Below are positions 12,301 through 20,700 of a stretch of 64,000 bases of DNA, piece by piece. Position numbers and translations under genes: made by a program. The stretch is from an uncultured virus (IMG/VR IMGVR_UViG_3300037502_002629). Taxonomy: Duplodnaviria; Heunggongvirae; Uroviricota; Caudoviricetes. The stretch lies in the IMG/VR virus record IMGVR_UViG_3300037502_002629; one strand, given 5' to 3'. Under the pieces are notes generated by a model. That model searched no databases. It was not told the origin of the DNA and was given only the letters and a program-made list of their open reading frames with translations. The first letter of the stretch is position 1. Every line of letters begins with the position of its first letter.

Positions 12301-15300
12301 CAGAATACAAAATATCTGGAAGAAAATGGAATACTAGATTATCATCCAACCACTGGAGAACCAATTATTAATAAAGACAGCTACAAATTAATATGGAATG
12401 GTGTCGACACAATAAAGCCTGATACAGAAGATCAGTTAGCTACTGGATTAATTCCTTTAGAGAATTTTGGTTTTAGTATTACAGATAAAAACGGGGCTTC
12501 TTTTCCTGGCGATGTGGAGAATCTCCTGATACTAAATGAGTTTTTAAACTATATGGAATATGCTAATTATGTTAGTTTTAGCATTACCAAACTTACAGAT
12601 ACTCTTAAGGCGTTGCGACCAGATCAAGATGTTTTTGATCGATTACTTAATACATTCAAAGAGCTAAAAGAAAATCCAAACGATAGCAAATATCTATCAG
12701 GAACCAGTATAGCCAATCTGTGGAAAGCCTATCCAGTACTTAATGCAGCATATGATGCCTTAAAGTATATGGATGCTATGTCTAAAAAAGTACTAATAGA
12801 ACGTACTAGTTTCATGAAAGGTCTTTCTGCATTGTTTGCTAATGTAAGAGGATTAGATGCAGATCTTATAAAAAAGAATCTAAAAGCATTTATTATGTTG
12901 CAGTTGCAAAACGAAATGATGCAGGCAGATCCTAAAGGAATATTACCACAACTCTACTTAGAACAACTTGATGCTGAGAAGTTTCTAGATGGCACTACGA
13001 TAAGTGACTATTACTATCTGCGCGGTAAATATCCAAATAATGCTTTTTTACAAGCCGTAAATGCTGTAACTGACAATAACGGCAAACGTGTTTTAGAACT
13101 AACTGCAAAAGGTAATAACGCTACTTTATTTACTGACTTTTTAGCATTATTAACTGATGACATAGATGTAAAAGCTCGAGCTTTCAGAATAGCATATCAT
13201 GGTATGATTAAGTCTGGGGCGCAGCGTGCTAAAGGAAGTTATTATCACTTAATACCTGCTGCTTTATCTAAACCTATGAGTGATGCTATGTTTGCATTAC
13301 AAGATCAGCTTGTCAGTTTAGATGAATATATGCTTGCCAATCATAAGCTAGTTAAAAATGAGGCTGGTTTTTATGAAATGACACCTCTTGCAAAACAAGA
13401 ATATGCAGATCGTCTGAATGAGATTCTTTCTAAAAAGTTTGGTAATAGAAAGATGGACGAGATAATTACAGACGCAGTTTCCAAAATAGTGGCATATAAC
13501 ATTATTAATTCAGCAGAAGGCGTTAAACGTAACACCACTAGTCTTTGGAGAGTCAATAAACAGCTTGGAAATGCAAATTTAGAGTCAGCCGCAATAGAGG
13601 AGCTGGTTAGTTTAATCAAGCAAGTAGCACCTGGTTATAGTGATAATATCATCACAGATCAAGGTAATAGAAAAGAGTTAGGTTTACCTGTTGCTTTTGA
13701 TAATGTGGGTTTAGATCAGGTTGATCTATTTGTTCCAACAGGGAATACCTTGGAGTTAAAGATACCTGGATTAGATAGGAGAAGTAAGGAAATACTTAAA
13801 ACAATGGGTATTTATTCCTGGGGTGATGACTATGCATTTCCACTTTATCGATATAATGTTTATGGTCAGATGATGGTTCTTAAAAAGATAGATAATAAAT
13901 CTTTAGGGGAAGCATTTGTAGAAACTCTGGCTGAAACAGCTTTCAGTGGTTCCAGTAATAAAATAAATCTAATCGGTAGATCAGCTGTATATGAAGTTGT
14001 ACAAAAACAAGGGACAGGAAAAATTAGTCCTCTTGCGTTTGACAATCGTCAAGGTGCAATTCTTAACAACATAGTTAAGGGTTTGCAACAAACCAGTTCA
14101 GTGCGTGCGGATGCAATACCCAACTGGTTAAACATTAATCGTTTACAAAATAAAGCTTATTATTTTTGGCCATTGGCTAATACACAAAAGGGGCCTGTAA
14201 TTACCAATAAAACATATAGTGCTATTGATAATTCCACTGTGACTATAGGTCAGGTAGATGGAAAGTATCAGTTTTATAATGGTAAGCTTTATATGACCAA
14301 TAAAGCTGGGGCAAGCGCTACTGCACAAACACCTGAGCAGACTGCATTATTTGCACAAGCATTGGGGGCACCTTCGTTAGAGGATTTGCAAAACAATCCT
14401 GTGTTTACTGATTTCTTTAAGGGAAGTGCGTATATCTATTTGTACAATCTTAACAATGGAGATATCAACTCACCCACAGCTCAGCCACCAGCAGCACCTA
14501 TAACACCTCAGACACCTGTATCAACTACCCAACCATCTACTCAATCTGCTAAAAGAAAAACATATTCAGGAAAAGTAACAAGTTTACAACCTAATCAAAT
14601 ATTTGTATTTGGTTCTAATGAAGGAAGTTCTAAAGGTGGTAAACCTACACATGGAGCTGGTAGTGCTAAATTAGCTAAAGATAAGTTTGGTGCAATACAA
14701 GGTCAAAGTAGAGGTATACAAGGGCAGTCTTATGCAATTGTTACTAAAAAGTTCTATGATGTAGAAAAGTCAAGTACGCCAGGAGAAATTATTAAAGAGA
14801 TTCAAGGTTTATATGATTATGCTAATAAAAATACTAATAAAGAATTTTTAGTATCTGATTATTCTGAAAGTAATCTTAATGGATATACTGGTCAAGAAAT
14901 GGCTGATATGTTTGTTAAAGCTGGACCTATACCATCTAATATAGTATTTAATGACAACTTTGATAAACTAATTACTACTCAACCATCTACTCAACCTACT
15001 GGAGTTAAAGGATTCCAAGGATACAAAGGTGGATTTGAAGATAAAGGTAAAGGAACTCCTCAAGGTGATGGTAAAGATAAAGCAATGAGACAAGTTGCTG
15101 ATGGAGCAATTGTAGAATTTAAAACTGATAAAGTTGACTCTTCCTCTTTTACTACATTAAACTATTTTGATGGAACTTATAGTTATGAAAAAGACAGATA
15201 TATAGGAGAAGCTTTTACTGGAGATAGTTTTATGGGATACCGTAATAAAGTTATTATGCTAGCAAGAAATGGTAAATTTGCGGGAATTTCTTTAAATGAT

Positions 15301-17766
15301 GAAACAAAAAGGTCTATTAAAAGAGCATTTGACCGAGGAGTTGAATTTGTAGTGGGAGATATGCCAGGAGTAGATAGTCAGTTCATAGACTACTTACAAG
15401 AAATAGGTGCTAAGTTTACTATTTATCATACTGGTTCTACACCGCGAATTCAAGTAAAACAACCTACTACTCAACCATCTACACAACCCACTGAAGTTAA
15501 ACCAGGAGTAGAAATATCATCTAATTCTAAAGGATTAGGAGGTGCACTTACTAATCCCACAGAACTTGCTAAGTCTAAAGGGAACATTAAAAATTCTTAT
15601 CCTATATATTATCAATGGCTCAATAAAGATGGTGAAGCACAAGATCAAAACTTTAAGGATGTAGAAGAAGCATATCAGACATTAAAAGATTCTTCAGAAA
15701 GTAAAACAAAACCTTCTATAGAAAATAGCAATAATTACAAGTTAATGGTTGATTTGCTAAGAACCAAATTACAACAATATCCCGAACTTTCAGATCTAAT
15801 AACTAAACAAGGTGGTTCAGCCTGGATACTTTCTTCGACACACCAACCTACTAGTAATAACACTGTTTGGGAAACTGGCGGAAAGAATTGGTTTATTAAA
15901 GCTTTAAATGATGCTTATACATCAGTTAAAGCAGCTGCTCCTGCTACTGAAACTGTTACAGAAGATAATGGCTACAAATACTATGGTGCTTATTACACTG
16001 TAGTATTGAAAGATGGTGTAGGCGTAGATGTTAAAGGGTATAAAGGAAAAGCTGCAGCCAAGCAAAAATTATTGGATAACTACAATAGTAATCCTAATGT
16101 AGATCCTCAAAATGGAACATATTTTAGGAATCAACCACCAAATGCTGGCGCTATCATTCCATTAGCACCAGCAGAAACACAACCTAAAAAACCTGGTTCT
16201 TATACTTATACATTTCAAAATGGATTTAAGGTAACAACACCATTTGAACTTAATGATGAACAACGTAATGCATTAGCTGGATTAGAAGCTTTCCATAAAG
16301 GAACTAATAAAGTTGTAACAATATCAGGTGCAGCAGGTACAGGAAAAAGTACTATAATGAGCATATTTGATAAGTATTTGAGAAATGAGTATGAAAACGT
16401 ACTATATACCTCGCCAACTCACCGAGCCAACGCTGTTACTAAAATGATGAACCCTAATGCTAAAGTGTATACTTTGCATACATTATTTGGGTTGTCACCA
16501 GATGTTTCACTAGAAGATGGCAATTTTGATGTTAAAGATCTTCAGTTTGCTGAAGTAAATAAACCTAAGATCGGTAGTGGTGATATACTAGTGATTGATG
16601 AATCATCGATGGTTAATGATGCTTTGTATGAATTCATAAATATTGGTATTCAGCAGTTTAATATAAAGGTAATTTATGTCGGGGATGTTGCTCAGCTAAA
16701 GCCTGTCAAACAAAATACAAAGTCAAAAGTATTTGAGGAGGGTCAACAGACAGTTCATAAGCTTGTAAAAGTTGAACGCACAGGTGATAATGCTGTTCTA
16801 GAGGAGTCAGTTCGTATAAGAAACGGTCTAGATTGGAGTTACAGAACTAAACTTAATGACAAAGGTGAAGGTGTTGTTTATCTAACAACTACAAAAGATA
16901 CTATGAAAGTAGTAGCTAGTAAGTTTAGTATACAAAATAATTTAGATAATAAATTGTTTTTCAGAGTTTTATCAGCAACTAACAAAGGTGTTGACAATGT
17001 CAATCAAGCTGTTAGAGAGGTGTTATATCCTAATGATTTCAGTAAGCAAATACTGGAAGGCGAGATTATTATGGGTTATTCCAACTTTGATCGAGACTAT
17101 CGTACAGGACAATATAAGTTATACAATGGCGGAGATTATCAAGTAACAGCTGTTAAGCCAACCACTAAAAAAGTACCAGACCTTAATCTGACATTTGATG
17201 GATATGAGATTACTATCATTAATCTATTAGATAAAAGCATTCAACCTTATACATTGTTTGTTCTTGACAAAAGCGAAAAAATTGAGAAGGTTCAAGAGTA
17301 TGCTGATTATATCCAAGACCTGCAAATAAGAGCGGGTCAAAATATGAAAATGGGCAATAAAAAAGAAGCAGCTGCACTTTATGATAAAGCAAATAAACTA
17401 AAAGCAGAAATAGCAACCATGGTTGACTATACAAAATGGGATCCAAAGAAGCAAAGATATATCACAATTCTTGCTAAGACGTTTGATTATGGATATGCTC
17501 ATACTATTCATAAAGCACAGGGTGGAACATATGATAATGTTCTTATCTTAGCCGATACAGTTGGTTCATTTCCAGATGAAGTAGCGCAACAGGAACTTAA
17601 GTATGTTGCTGTTAGTAGAGCTAAAAGTGTAGCATACATCAGAACATCAAATCCTGAAGCTACTACGCAGGATAATTTGAACATAGATCAACTACAGATG
17701 CAGAGAGAAGCAGAAGAAATTATCAAACAAAAGTCAAACGAATCTAAATCTTGCAATCAAGGATAA
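3382..17766 (+). CDS. Virion-packaged RNA polymerase polyprotein (crAss-like), with zincin motif, accessory modules and C-terminal SF1B (Dda/RecD-like) helicase
   Basis: TRIPT at ~11056 followed by SGSDFDIDSLY (DFDID at 11176-11190) is the double-psi-barrel RNAP catalytic signature. HEAFH lies at 6391-6405 with a downstream EE. Helicase motifs GAAGTGKS (16327-16350), DESSM, GDVAQLKPV, YAHTIHKAQG and YVAVSRAK are present. Confidence 0.9.
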   Translation: MSCYIPVADLTDSLKAAYKHDFAKYRDLSAVIESVMSLDLEPEAKIHAIWFYAGYVNSAALKESRLQTEEWKRGVYQNIHNYLEPYITGKDTFDYEELSKKIIEFFPDKTIEPEELTLEDQIRNAINELAVIPDESVDIEAAKTLKLITDNRAIIDEVVLDPQNTLVRSYLLQLRNVLAARLVQPITTIVKVDNAIKDNDSYYSQAVDYINMREQPGIGIHNGRPMYVLRRKDGQVYEVYYDDTVQNKYRYYSPGTILHDSVVMLQPGDQVFQFYDKKNDAKVSPKDSRVIRIQPEELVTGLSLGQRTNVDDEDRVSVHQRIADTTPSDKGFYAVIKINANKNMQALHQKRRMRILSNFPNIRRTIETSERPNQVQHLETRSEPILSIARTTDDFTVTVTNHDNTLSFDLEVFSNYALVYPDNSVEMIDVERPDHLEILRNQVEIKKGDGYQKLNDDDIKQFVDAVRRYNEFKAEVLAQMEAVGSDNIDIRGIFYKYYDLTNSLTKVELSDKNINDQPLSEHIDSMNGRLPVKIQKYDDKGNKIGEPEIIKLPIVLRKTRDVWMVENTLPENAKLVDENGKEYNSIDIYSNSVLKDAEGNPLSLTEYVKSTPFHTARQALYVAFEVNPRNPTALKPIFKPLVYQQEATSNEDLINLFVTMVQAFNNASMVEGNTTVADWNNKFWGFNVNKQGIKPDVVLMSVSGQKKKFGIKYVMISDPTKNTPEQVEAFNKYFGAKERILPIYPELVDNINKIVSDLFESANMSLPATASLQEAALMARQLSKIVGDKNPAVSRLRSALNDLTNSIKNSNENLLQTYHSDIANGKVPEVMNETSEKYAIFDGNVLKLYSRGLKQNPLASYYTLKTTDEKKLTLTYRNPLKPVIIPGLVKPRPSIQMGPVAVPVSGEIINDPGTLAEPPAVPGGIIPLSNDPFKLVQALESFITLSPEEFDKEIETIKRLLPTAFKFTTEGFEGLDVDGDALGYLRGLFIHLNNTLRGKGVAFHEAFHGVFRNILSLNDQKYYLKRAERVLGDYKSDDKGKYITVNDKKVYANEFRQQRRYLHLNDEQIKYLIYEEYMADAFADFMDSGKAPQTWLEKLFAYLRMFINFFKKNKEIENLFYDISLGKFRTATVTERPSNVDTVYSIKDYKGLPSIVSNPYNQDQIARNYQVVESAIVQEVADRLVAEMAALKVTHPSLKEADLFDIARVNVLKEYQLSSLIEQAPTRAADITNAYSKHYDTAQWLLGEFHLSQRGFKFLNYTSKSEYDGLVVDRGSYPDILAESQKTHESFKKSVIKDYKNVVVDEVDVDQELLNATENEEKSEEELGENFRETSFISAAPGEGSAEFRKMFKYVTYEYIDPRFGIRRKRTVNSRAIFNTIRKITTNLDKLDVVPRILEEINHLNDIIDDYNINIRTEIGADYVIPKSYSDLLTLRDSLQAVYDTLTKAVGLEEGYPSKNLHVFIQFVNTFSTIDAKLMQVQLATTLETPEDKTKPEVVEQTYKLSDIVIGTDLNNIRQDIKGSIYRFNLSPEKAKEQLDVLSELGSIFDDVAKMQDLFIANGKLNDAELKKYINRIYIAIAKLNLDIPYTVVDTLFAYQVYRKFNEIYFDTYGTTLKADDFFAPSSSYRVILRNNKDYFNQFSNLEYKFWSNTIKSAIDARLAVPAGSGTTEQLEKQLSRLSEGYIKSAGEFILKYDPNLAASVTRNANGDMVVKYVKPTPAYVALMKLQRNADISTGLQEFIEDYFPGFQGYFADNPMFDLSKEENRLFLENLSVSAFGGFSQTIKIDNKTPVKNDPTTFNGIDDKTYALAMFGMFVNRTQRLVPNQKEKLITYKRIVTQYEATSTSIVIDAKYKRYVDAAGNPTKQNDRVAFVDDLLSVVKQEYNLIKKNFQEERTNSAPKIYKDYNDSTGARRGFTFNILRDFFVVGDTSVQENAVDNKSQRIGLRSNLIEEASKNTSWEELLANNPDLLSLLEQQLNLFGREQLQIFRDKLTQLGITEQDYPISDLYLNASRNMVADMFFNNWINGMQVNQLFDGAIAVGIKNFADFFKRQKAGAAAGENIYNPFRSSLGRTKTYRAAVMQEIIFYIDDNDLTKPAKLTPYNGPGEKNKAVKIFDGQSVNTIERRIKIAESQGQVDYDALEILKKMRYMLDSSPEYSKDIIALRNRNIYFNSLKTVAAAGFQYIKQSEHTLLRRDVSVIRTDINKNVAQQRLKNLYENADIYAEFLDLGITTMLEDPKTGEMRPVEDLYKETMSEIHSYFVPMKGREALHVILNSMEMDRIEQLMDPNASKKATVKPVSVDYQSIESGEGYLDLQSALENVPTDLTYIQVETGGITTKVTQGIQQKLLIMAQLNPNDPQYAAIKKDIQGYRDNLSAAVKSEVTRIQRMLDTNNTDVIGKIYTAIADGLREQGADPTILQWFELNPDGTPKYSPANPLITNTIVYYYFSLFNNGIFNKKIAGDKFYHVSPYGYKILETSRGDIITHREYKKNPDLYKNVNARYPSLRREEYDETDPVTGITEKKVRYIAEAIIPAKLKELDQTFVERYLSEFFSTRIPTEDKRSMIVVKVVDYIDEAYGNSIIVPFQLHMLSGSDFDIDSLYAHMKSSYKAPDGTRDGTRVLYGNYAHYKSKYKMTENDAKFIEYLIYMSKDDMVKPFLSEEIRKIDEQSSYKAEQARIFGDTFGGQIKDFFYENAALLEKEETEDNAELIDDFKKLIATFNVLQIFKESNLPTSPASLQSYIRTTGTNPVVNVILNDIVQNKINILSNPKVFDRFLQATNNRADAATEIYEDLVRRRGMTETEIYTKQNLYTPTALIVARSINAESKDSLGIAASFNKGVSMLNTIMATLKKPVGTVYINDGKTKINTDKIVDDAVQLVGGAIGLFADAPKNPYPGPLHLTDTTTPVMLGMFSLGFPHAGAIMFQSIPVIKQVLDRYIQQYGSSYRTTSGFAISKKNFLSGIIADAIEQNTKYLEENGILDYHPTTGEPIINKDSYKLIWNGVDTIKPDTEDQLATGLIPLENFGFSITDKNGASFPGDVENLLILNEFLNYMEYANYVSFSITKLTDTLKALRPDQDVFDRLLNTFKELKENPNDSKYLSGTSIANLWKAYPVLNAAYDALKYMDAMSKKVLIERTSFMKGLSALFANVRGLDADLIKKNLKAFIMLQLQNEMMQADPKGILPQLYLEQLDAEKFLDGTTISDYYYLRGKYPNNAFLQAVNAVTDNNGKRVLELTAKGNNATLFTDFLALLTDDIDVKARAFRIAYHGMIKSGAQRAKGSYYHLIPAALSKPMSDAMFALQDQLVSLDEYMLANHKLVKNEAGFYEMTPLAKQEYADRLNEILSKKFGNRKMDEIITDAVSKIVAYNIINSAEGVKRNTTSLWRVNKQLGNANLESAAIEELVSLIKQVAPGYSDNIITDQGNRKELGLPVAFDNVGLDQVDLFVPTGNTLELKIPGLDRRSKEILKTMGIYSWGDDYAFPLYRYNVYGQMMVLKKIDNKSLGEAFVETLAETAFSGSSNKINLIGRSAVYEVVQKQGTGKISPLAFDNRQGAILNNIVKGLQQTSSVRADAIPNWLNINRLQNKAYYFWPLANTQKGPVITNKTYSAIDNSTVTIGQVDGKYQFYNGKLYMTNKAGASATAQTPEQTALFAQALGAPSLEDLQNNPVFTDFFKGSAYIYLYNLNNGDINSPTAQPPAAPITPQTPVSTTQPSTQSAKRKTYSGKVTSLQPNQIFVFGSNEGSSKGGKPTHGAGSAKLAKDKFGAIQGQSRGIQGQSYAIVTKKFYDVEKSSTPGEIIKEIQGLYDYANKNTNKEFLVSDYSESNLNGYTGQEMADMFVKAGPIPSNIVFNDNFDKLITTQPSTQPTGVKGFQGYKGGFEDKGKGTPQGDGKDKAMRQVADGAIVEFKTDKVDSSSFTTLNYFDGTYSYEKDRYIGEAFTGDSFMGYRNKVIMLARNGKFAGISLNDETKRSIKRAFDRGVEFVVGDMPGVDSQFIDYLQEIGAKFTIYHTGSTPRIQVKQPTTQPSTQPTEVKPGVEISSNSKGLGGALTNPTELAKSKGNIKNSYPIYYQWLNKDGEAQDQNFKDVEEAYQTLKDSSESKTKPSIENSNNYKLMVDLLRTKLQQYPELSDLITKQGGSAWILSSTHQPTSNNTVWETGGKNWFIKALNDAYTSVKAAAPATETVTEDNGYKYYGAYYTVVLKDGVGVDVKGYKGKAAAKQKLLDNYNSNPNVDPQNGTYFRNQPPNAGAIIPLAPAETQPKKPGSYTYTFQNGFKVTTPFELNDEQRNALAGLEAFHKGTNKVVTISGAAGTGKSTIMSIFDKYLRNEYENVLYTSPTHRANAVTKMMNPNAKVYTLHTLFGLSPDVSLEDGNFDVKDLQFAEVNKPKIGSGDILVIDESSMVNDALYEFINIGIQQFNIKVIYVGDVAQLKPVKQNTKSKVFEEGQQTVHKLVKVERTGDNAVLEESVRIRNGLDWSYRTKLNDKGEGVVYLTTTKDTMKVVASKFSIQNNLDNKLFFRVLSATNKGVDNVNQAVREVLYPNDFSKQILEGEIIMGYSNFDRDYRTGQYKLYNGGDYQVTAVKPTTKKVPDLNLTFDGYEITIINLLDKSIQPYTLFVLDKSEKIEKVQEYADYIQDLQIRAGQNMKMGNKKEAAALYDKANKLKAEIATMVDYTKWDPKKQRYITILAKTFDYGYAHTIHKAQGGTYDNVLILADTVGSFPDEVAQQELKYVAVSRAKSVAYIRTSNPEATTQDNLNIDQLQMQREAEEIIKQKSNESKSCNQG
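14524..15486 (+). repeat. Three ~21-bp direct repeats ACTACYCAACCATCTACWCAA (TTQPSTQ) at 14524-14544, 14974-14994 and 15466-15486
   Basis: Read directly from the sequence. Each copy sits at a boundary between distinct globular modules of the RNAP ORF. Confidence 0.9.
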
Positions 17767-17767
17767 A

Positions 17768-20700
17768 ATGGCGTGTAGTATCATAAGAGATCCCAGAGAT
17801 GGGGAAGTTGTTCAGATTCTTGCTCCAAATGGACAACCATCTATGTTATTTAGTAATGCTTATCAAGTTACAGGTAACTCTGAAAAAGCACTTAGAATCT
17901 GGGCTGCGGCTTATACTCCCAGGTTTAAAATGAAATATGGAGACTGGGAAAATGGTGAAACATTTTTAACATTAGATATGAACGGTGAACCCACCGTTGA
18001 TACTGTAATGTACACCAACAGGCAGATCAATGACATTCTCAAAACATATTTTGCAAACTGGACAAACTTTCAACCTGGTAATAGAGGATTTGTAAAAGAA
18101 TCAGAGGCGCGTAGGTTTTTAGCAGCACTGAAAAAGAAGTTTCCTGATATTAAAGCTGAATTACAATATAGCTCAGGTGAGCCTGGCTATGCTAAAGTAG
18201 TTTTTATACCTGATGAAAAACAAATACCTTTCACAACTAATCGTAAAGAAATACGTCAACAGAAAGAAGTGGTTAATCCACTTATGGATAAACTGATGAG
18301 TAAGTTTCCAGGTCTAACTTATGAATGGATAAAGCCTGGTGAATTAAATCAGAGTGATCACTATGAAAAAGTTGATGGTATTCGTGCTTTTGTTCGCAAT
18401 AACAAAATTTATTTAGTAGAAGGTCGCGTACTACCAGAGGATGGTATAGAAGAAGTAATGCACGTTTTTGTTGAAATGCTCAGACAATCTAGACCTACTT
18501 TATTTAAAGGTCTGTTAGATGCAGCATCCAAAGACCCCAAGTATCAAGCGACATTTATTGCTATTTACAATCATTATAGTGATAAGATTCGTAACAAAGA
18601 ACGTGCTGAGATAATTATTCAAAGTGAGTTTCTGGGAAAATCGCTGGCAGCTGCCATGAGAAATGAGTTAGAAACTAATCCAGATGGAAGACCTGCTACT
18701 ACATTTGGTAAGTTAATACAGCGGTTTTTAGATTGGCTGGCTAATCTCTTAGATATTGGTGCTATGTCAGGCAGAGAAACTCTCAATGAAATAGTAGCGT
18801 ATATTAACACCGAAGATGTAGCTATTCCATTACCAGAAGACAACTACACTTATTATAGTGCAGCACCTACATCAGACCCAGATAATCTTTACGATCCTGA
18901 TGACAGAGATGATGCAGAAGAGTATAATAAAAAGAAAAAAAGACCAACACAACGCGAAAAACTTATTGAGCGTGGTAAGTTAGAACTTGAAAAACTCAGG
19001 TTGGTTCGAGAGTTTGTAACTCGTAATGCATTAAGTACTGCTGGCGCTGAGGCAGAGGAAGCAAAAAGACTTAGCATAGTTGATTTGCTGATTGCCAATG
19101 TCCAACAAAAGATACAAGATCTTGAAGATGGTGCAGAGACAATAAGTGTAAGTAAGTATGGTGGTTCTGAAAAAACAGAGATTGCTCGTACTAAAACAGC
19201 TGACATAGGTGCATCATTTGGTGAATTCTATCATATGTTCTTAGAAGAGTTGCAGTTTGAATATATGAAATCCAATAGATCACCAAGTACTGTATTTAGT
19301 GATCCAAGCTGGTTTGATGAGTTTTATGAAAAACACAAAGATCTTATCAAGTTTGACAAGTTTGACAAACAAGTTGTTCGACAAATTGCAGGTCAGCTTG
19401 CTGCTAAATTAGATGCACTTACAAGTGAAGGAAAAATAATTTTACCTGAAATTGAGATTGCAGTAAAGGATCAATCTGGTAAAATAGTTATTGGTCGTCT
19501 TGATATTTTGACTGTTGATAAACGTGGTAAAACTAGTGTAATAGATTTAAAAACAAAGAAAGTAAATTATATCCCTGGTAAGCCTAATTACTATAATGAA
19601 AGGGTATTTACTATGGAACCTAGTTCACGACAGGATACTTTGTTCAAAGATGGTGTTGATCCTGTATTTGCTCAATTTCGTTTACGGAATCCACTTAAAA
19701 AATATCATATACAGCTTGCTATATATGGTGAAATGATAAGTGCGCTGGGTATTAATCCTAATGATATTCAAGATCGTAAAATATGGGCAGTGGCTTATAA
19801 TGTGCAGCAAATACCAAATACAGAAATTTATAATCTAGAAGGTTACGGAATTGGTGAGTTTAATAATGCTGATTGGAAATCGATTGATCCTAATGGAGTT
19901 ATAGACGCAGCTGCACAATCACGTTTTCGACCAGCAGAAGAAAGACAAGATACAGATACCACTGCGGAGGAAATTAAAAAGAATCCATTTGCTCAAGTAG
20001 ACAAAGATTCTTTAACTCAAATGGTAGAGCGTATTCTCAAATTAGCACAAAACACACTCTCAGCCTTAGAAAAAGAAAAAAATGCTATTAAAAACAATGA
20101 AAACATATCTGTAGAGGATGCTAATAAACTAGTTGGCGAGATTAACAAACGAGTCGCAAGTATACTCAGCATAAAAGAAAAAATAGAGCAGGAAGGATTA
20201 GACAATCCTACAGATGAGTCTATTAGATTAAGCAAGGCTGCTATCATTAAGATGGCAATTGATGTGTTTTCTTATGAAATTGAAAACATCAGCAACAAGG
20301 TAGATGAAGTAGATATACCATCGACATATTCTTTGAATAATGTTCAAAACCAGAATATGTTAAAAACACTACAAGAATACAACTCTACTTTGGAGAATAT
20401 TGCAAGTTACATCAGAGACTTCAAGAATACGATTACAAGTATGGAGAACCTTCCTAAAGATACAAAGGAAGCTATCCAGGAGTATTTTGATGAAATGCTG
20501 CGTAAGTCCAGTAATGCTAGTGCAGTATATGTAAATGTTGGTAAGAAAATTGTCAAAACTGTTATTCTTAACACAATAGGCCCTGCTAATCTTAACACAA
20601 CAGGTCCTGCTAAGTTTGAAAAAGTGTTTGGAGAAATGCGCGCCATGCTTGGTCCAAAACTAGCAGCTATTGAAAAAACCATTGCTGATATTGAGTCTAA

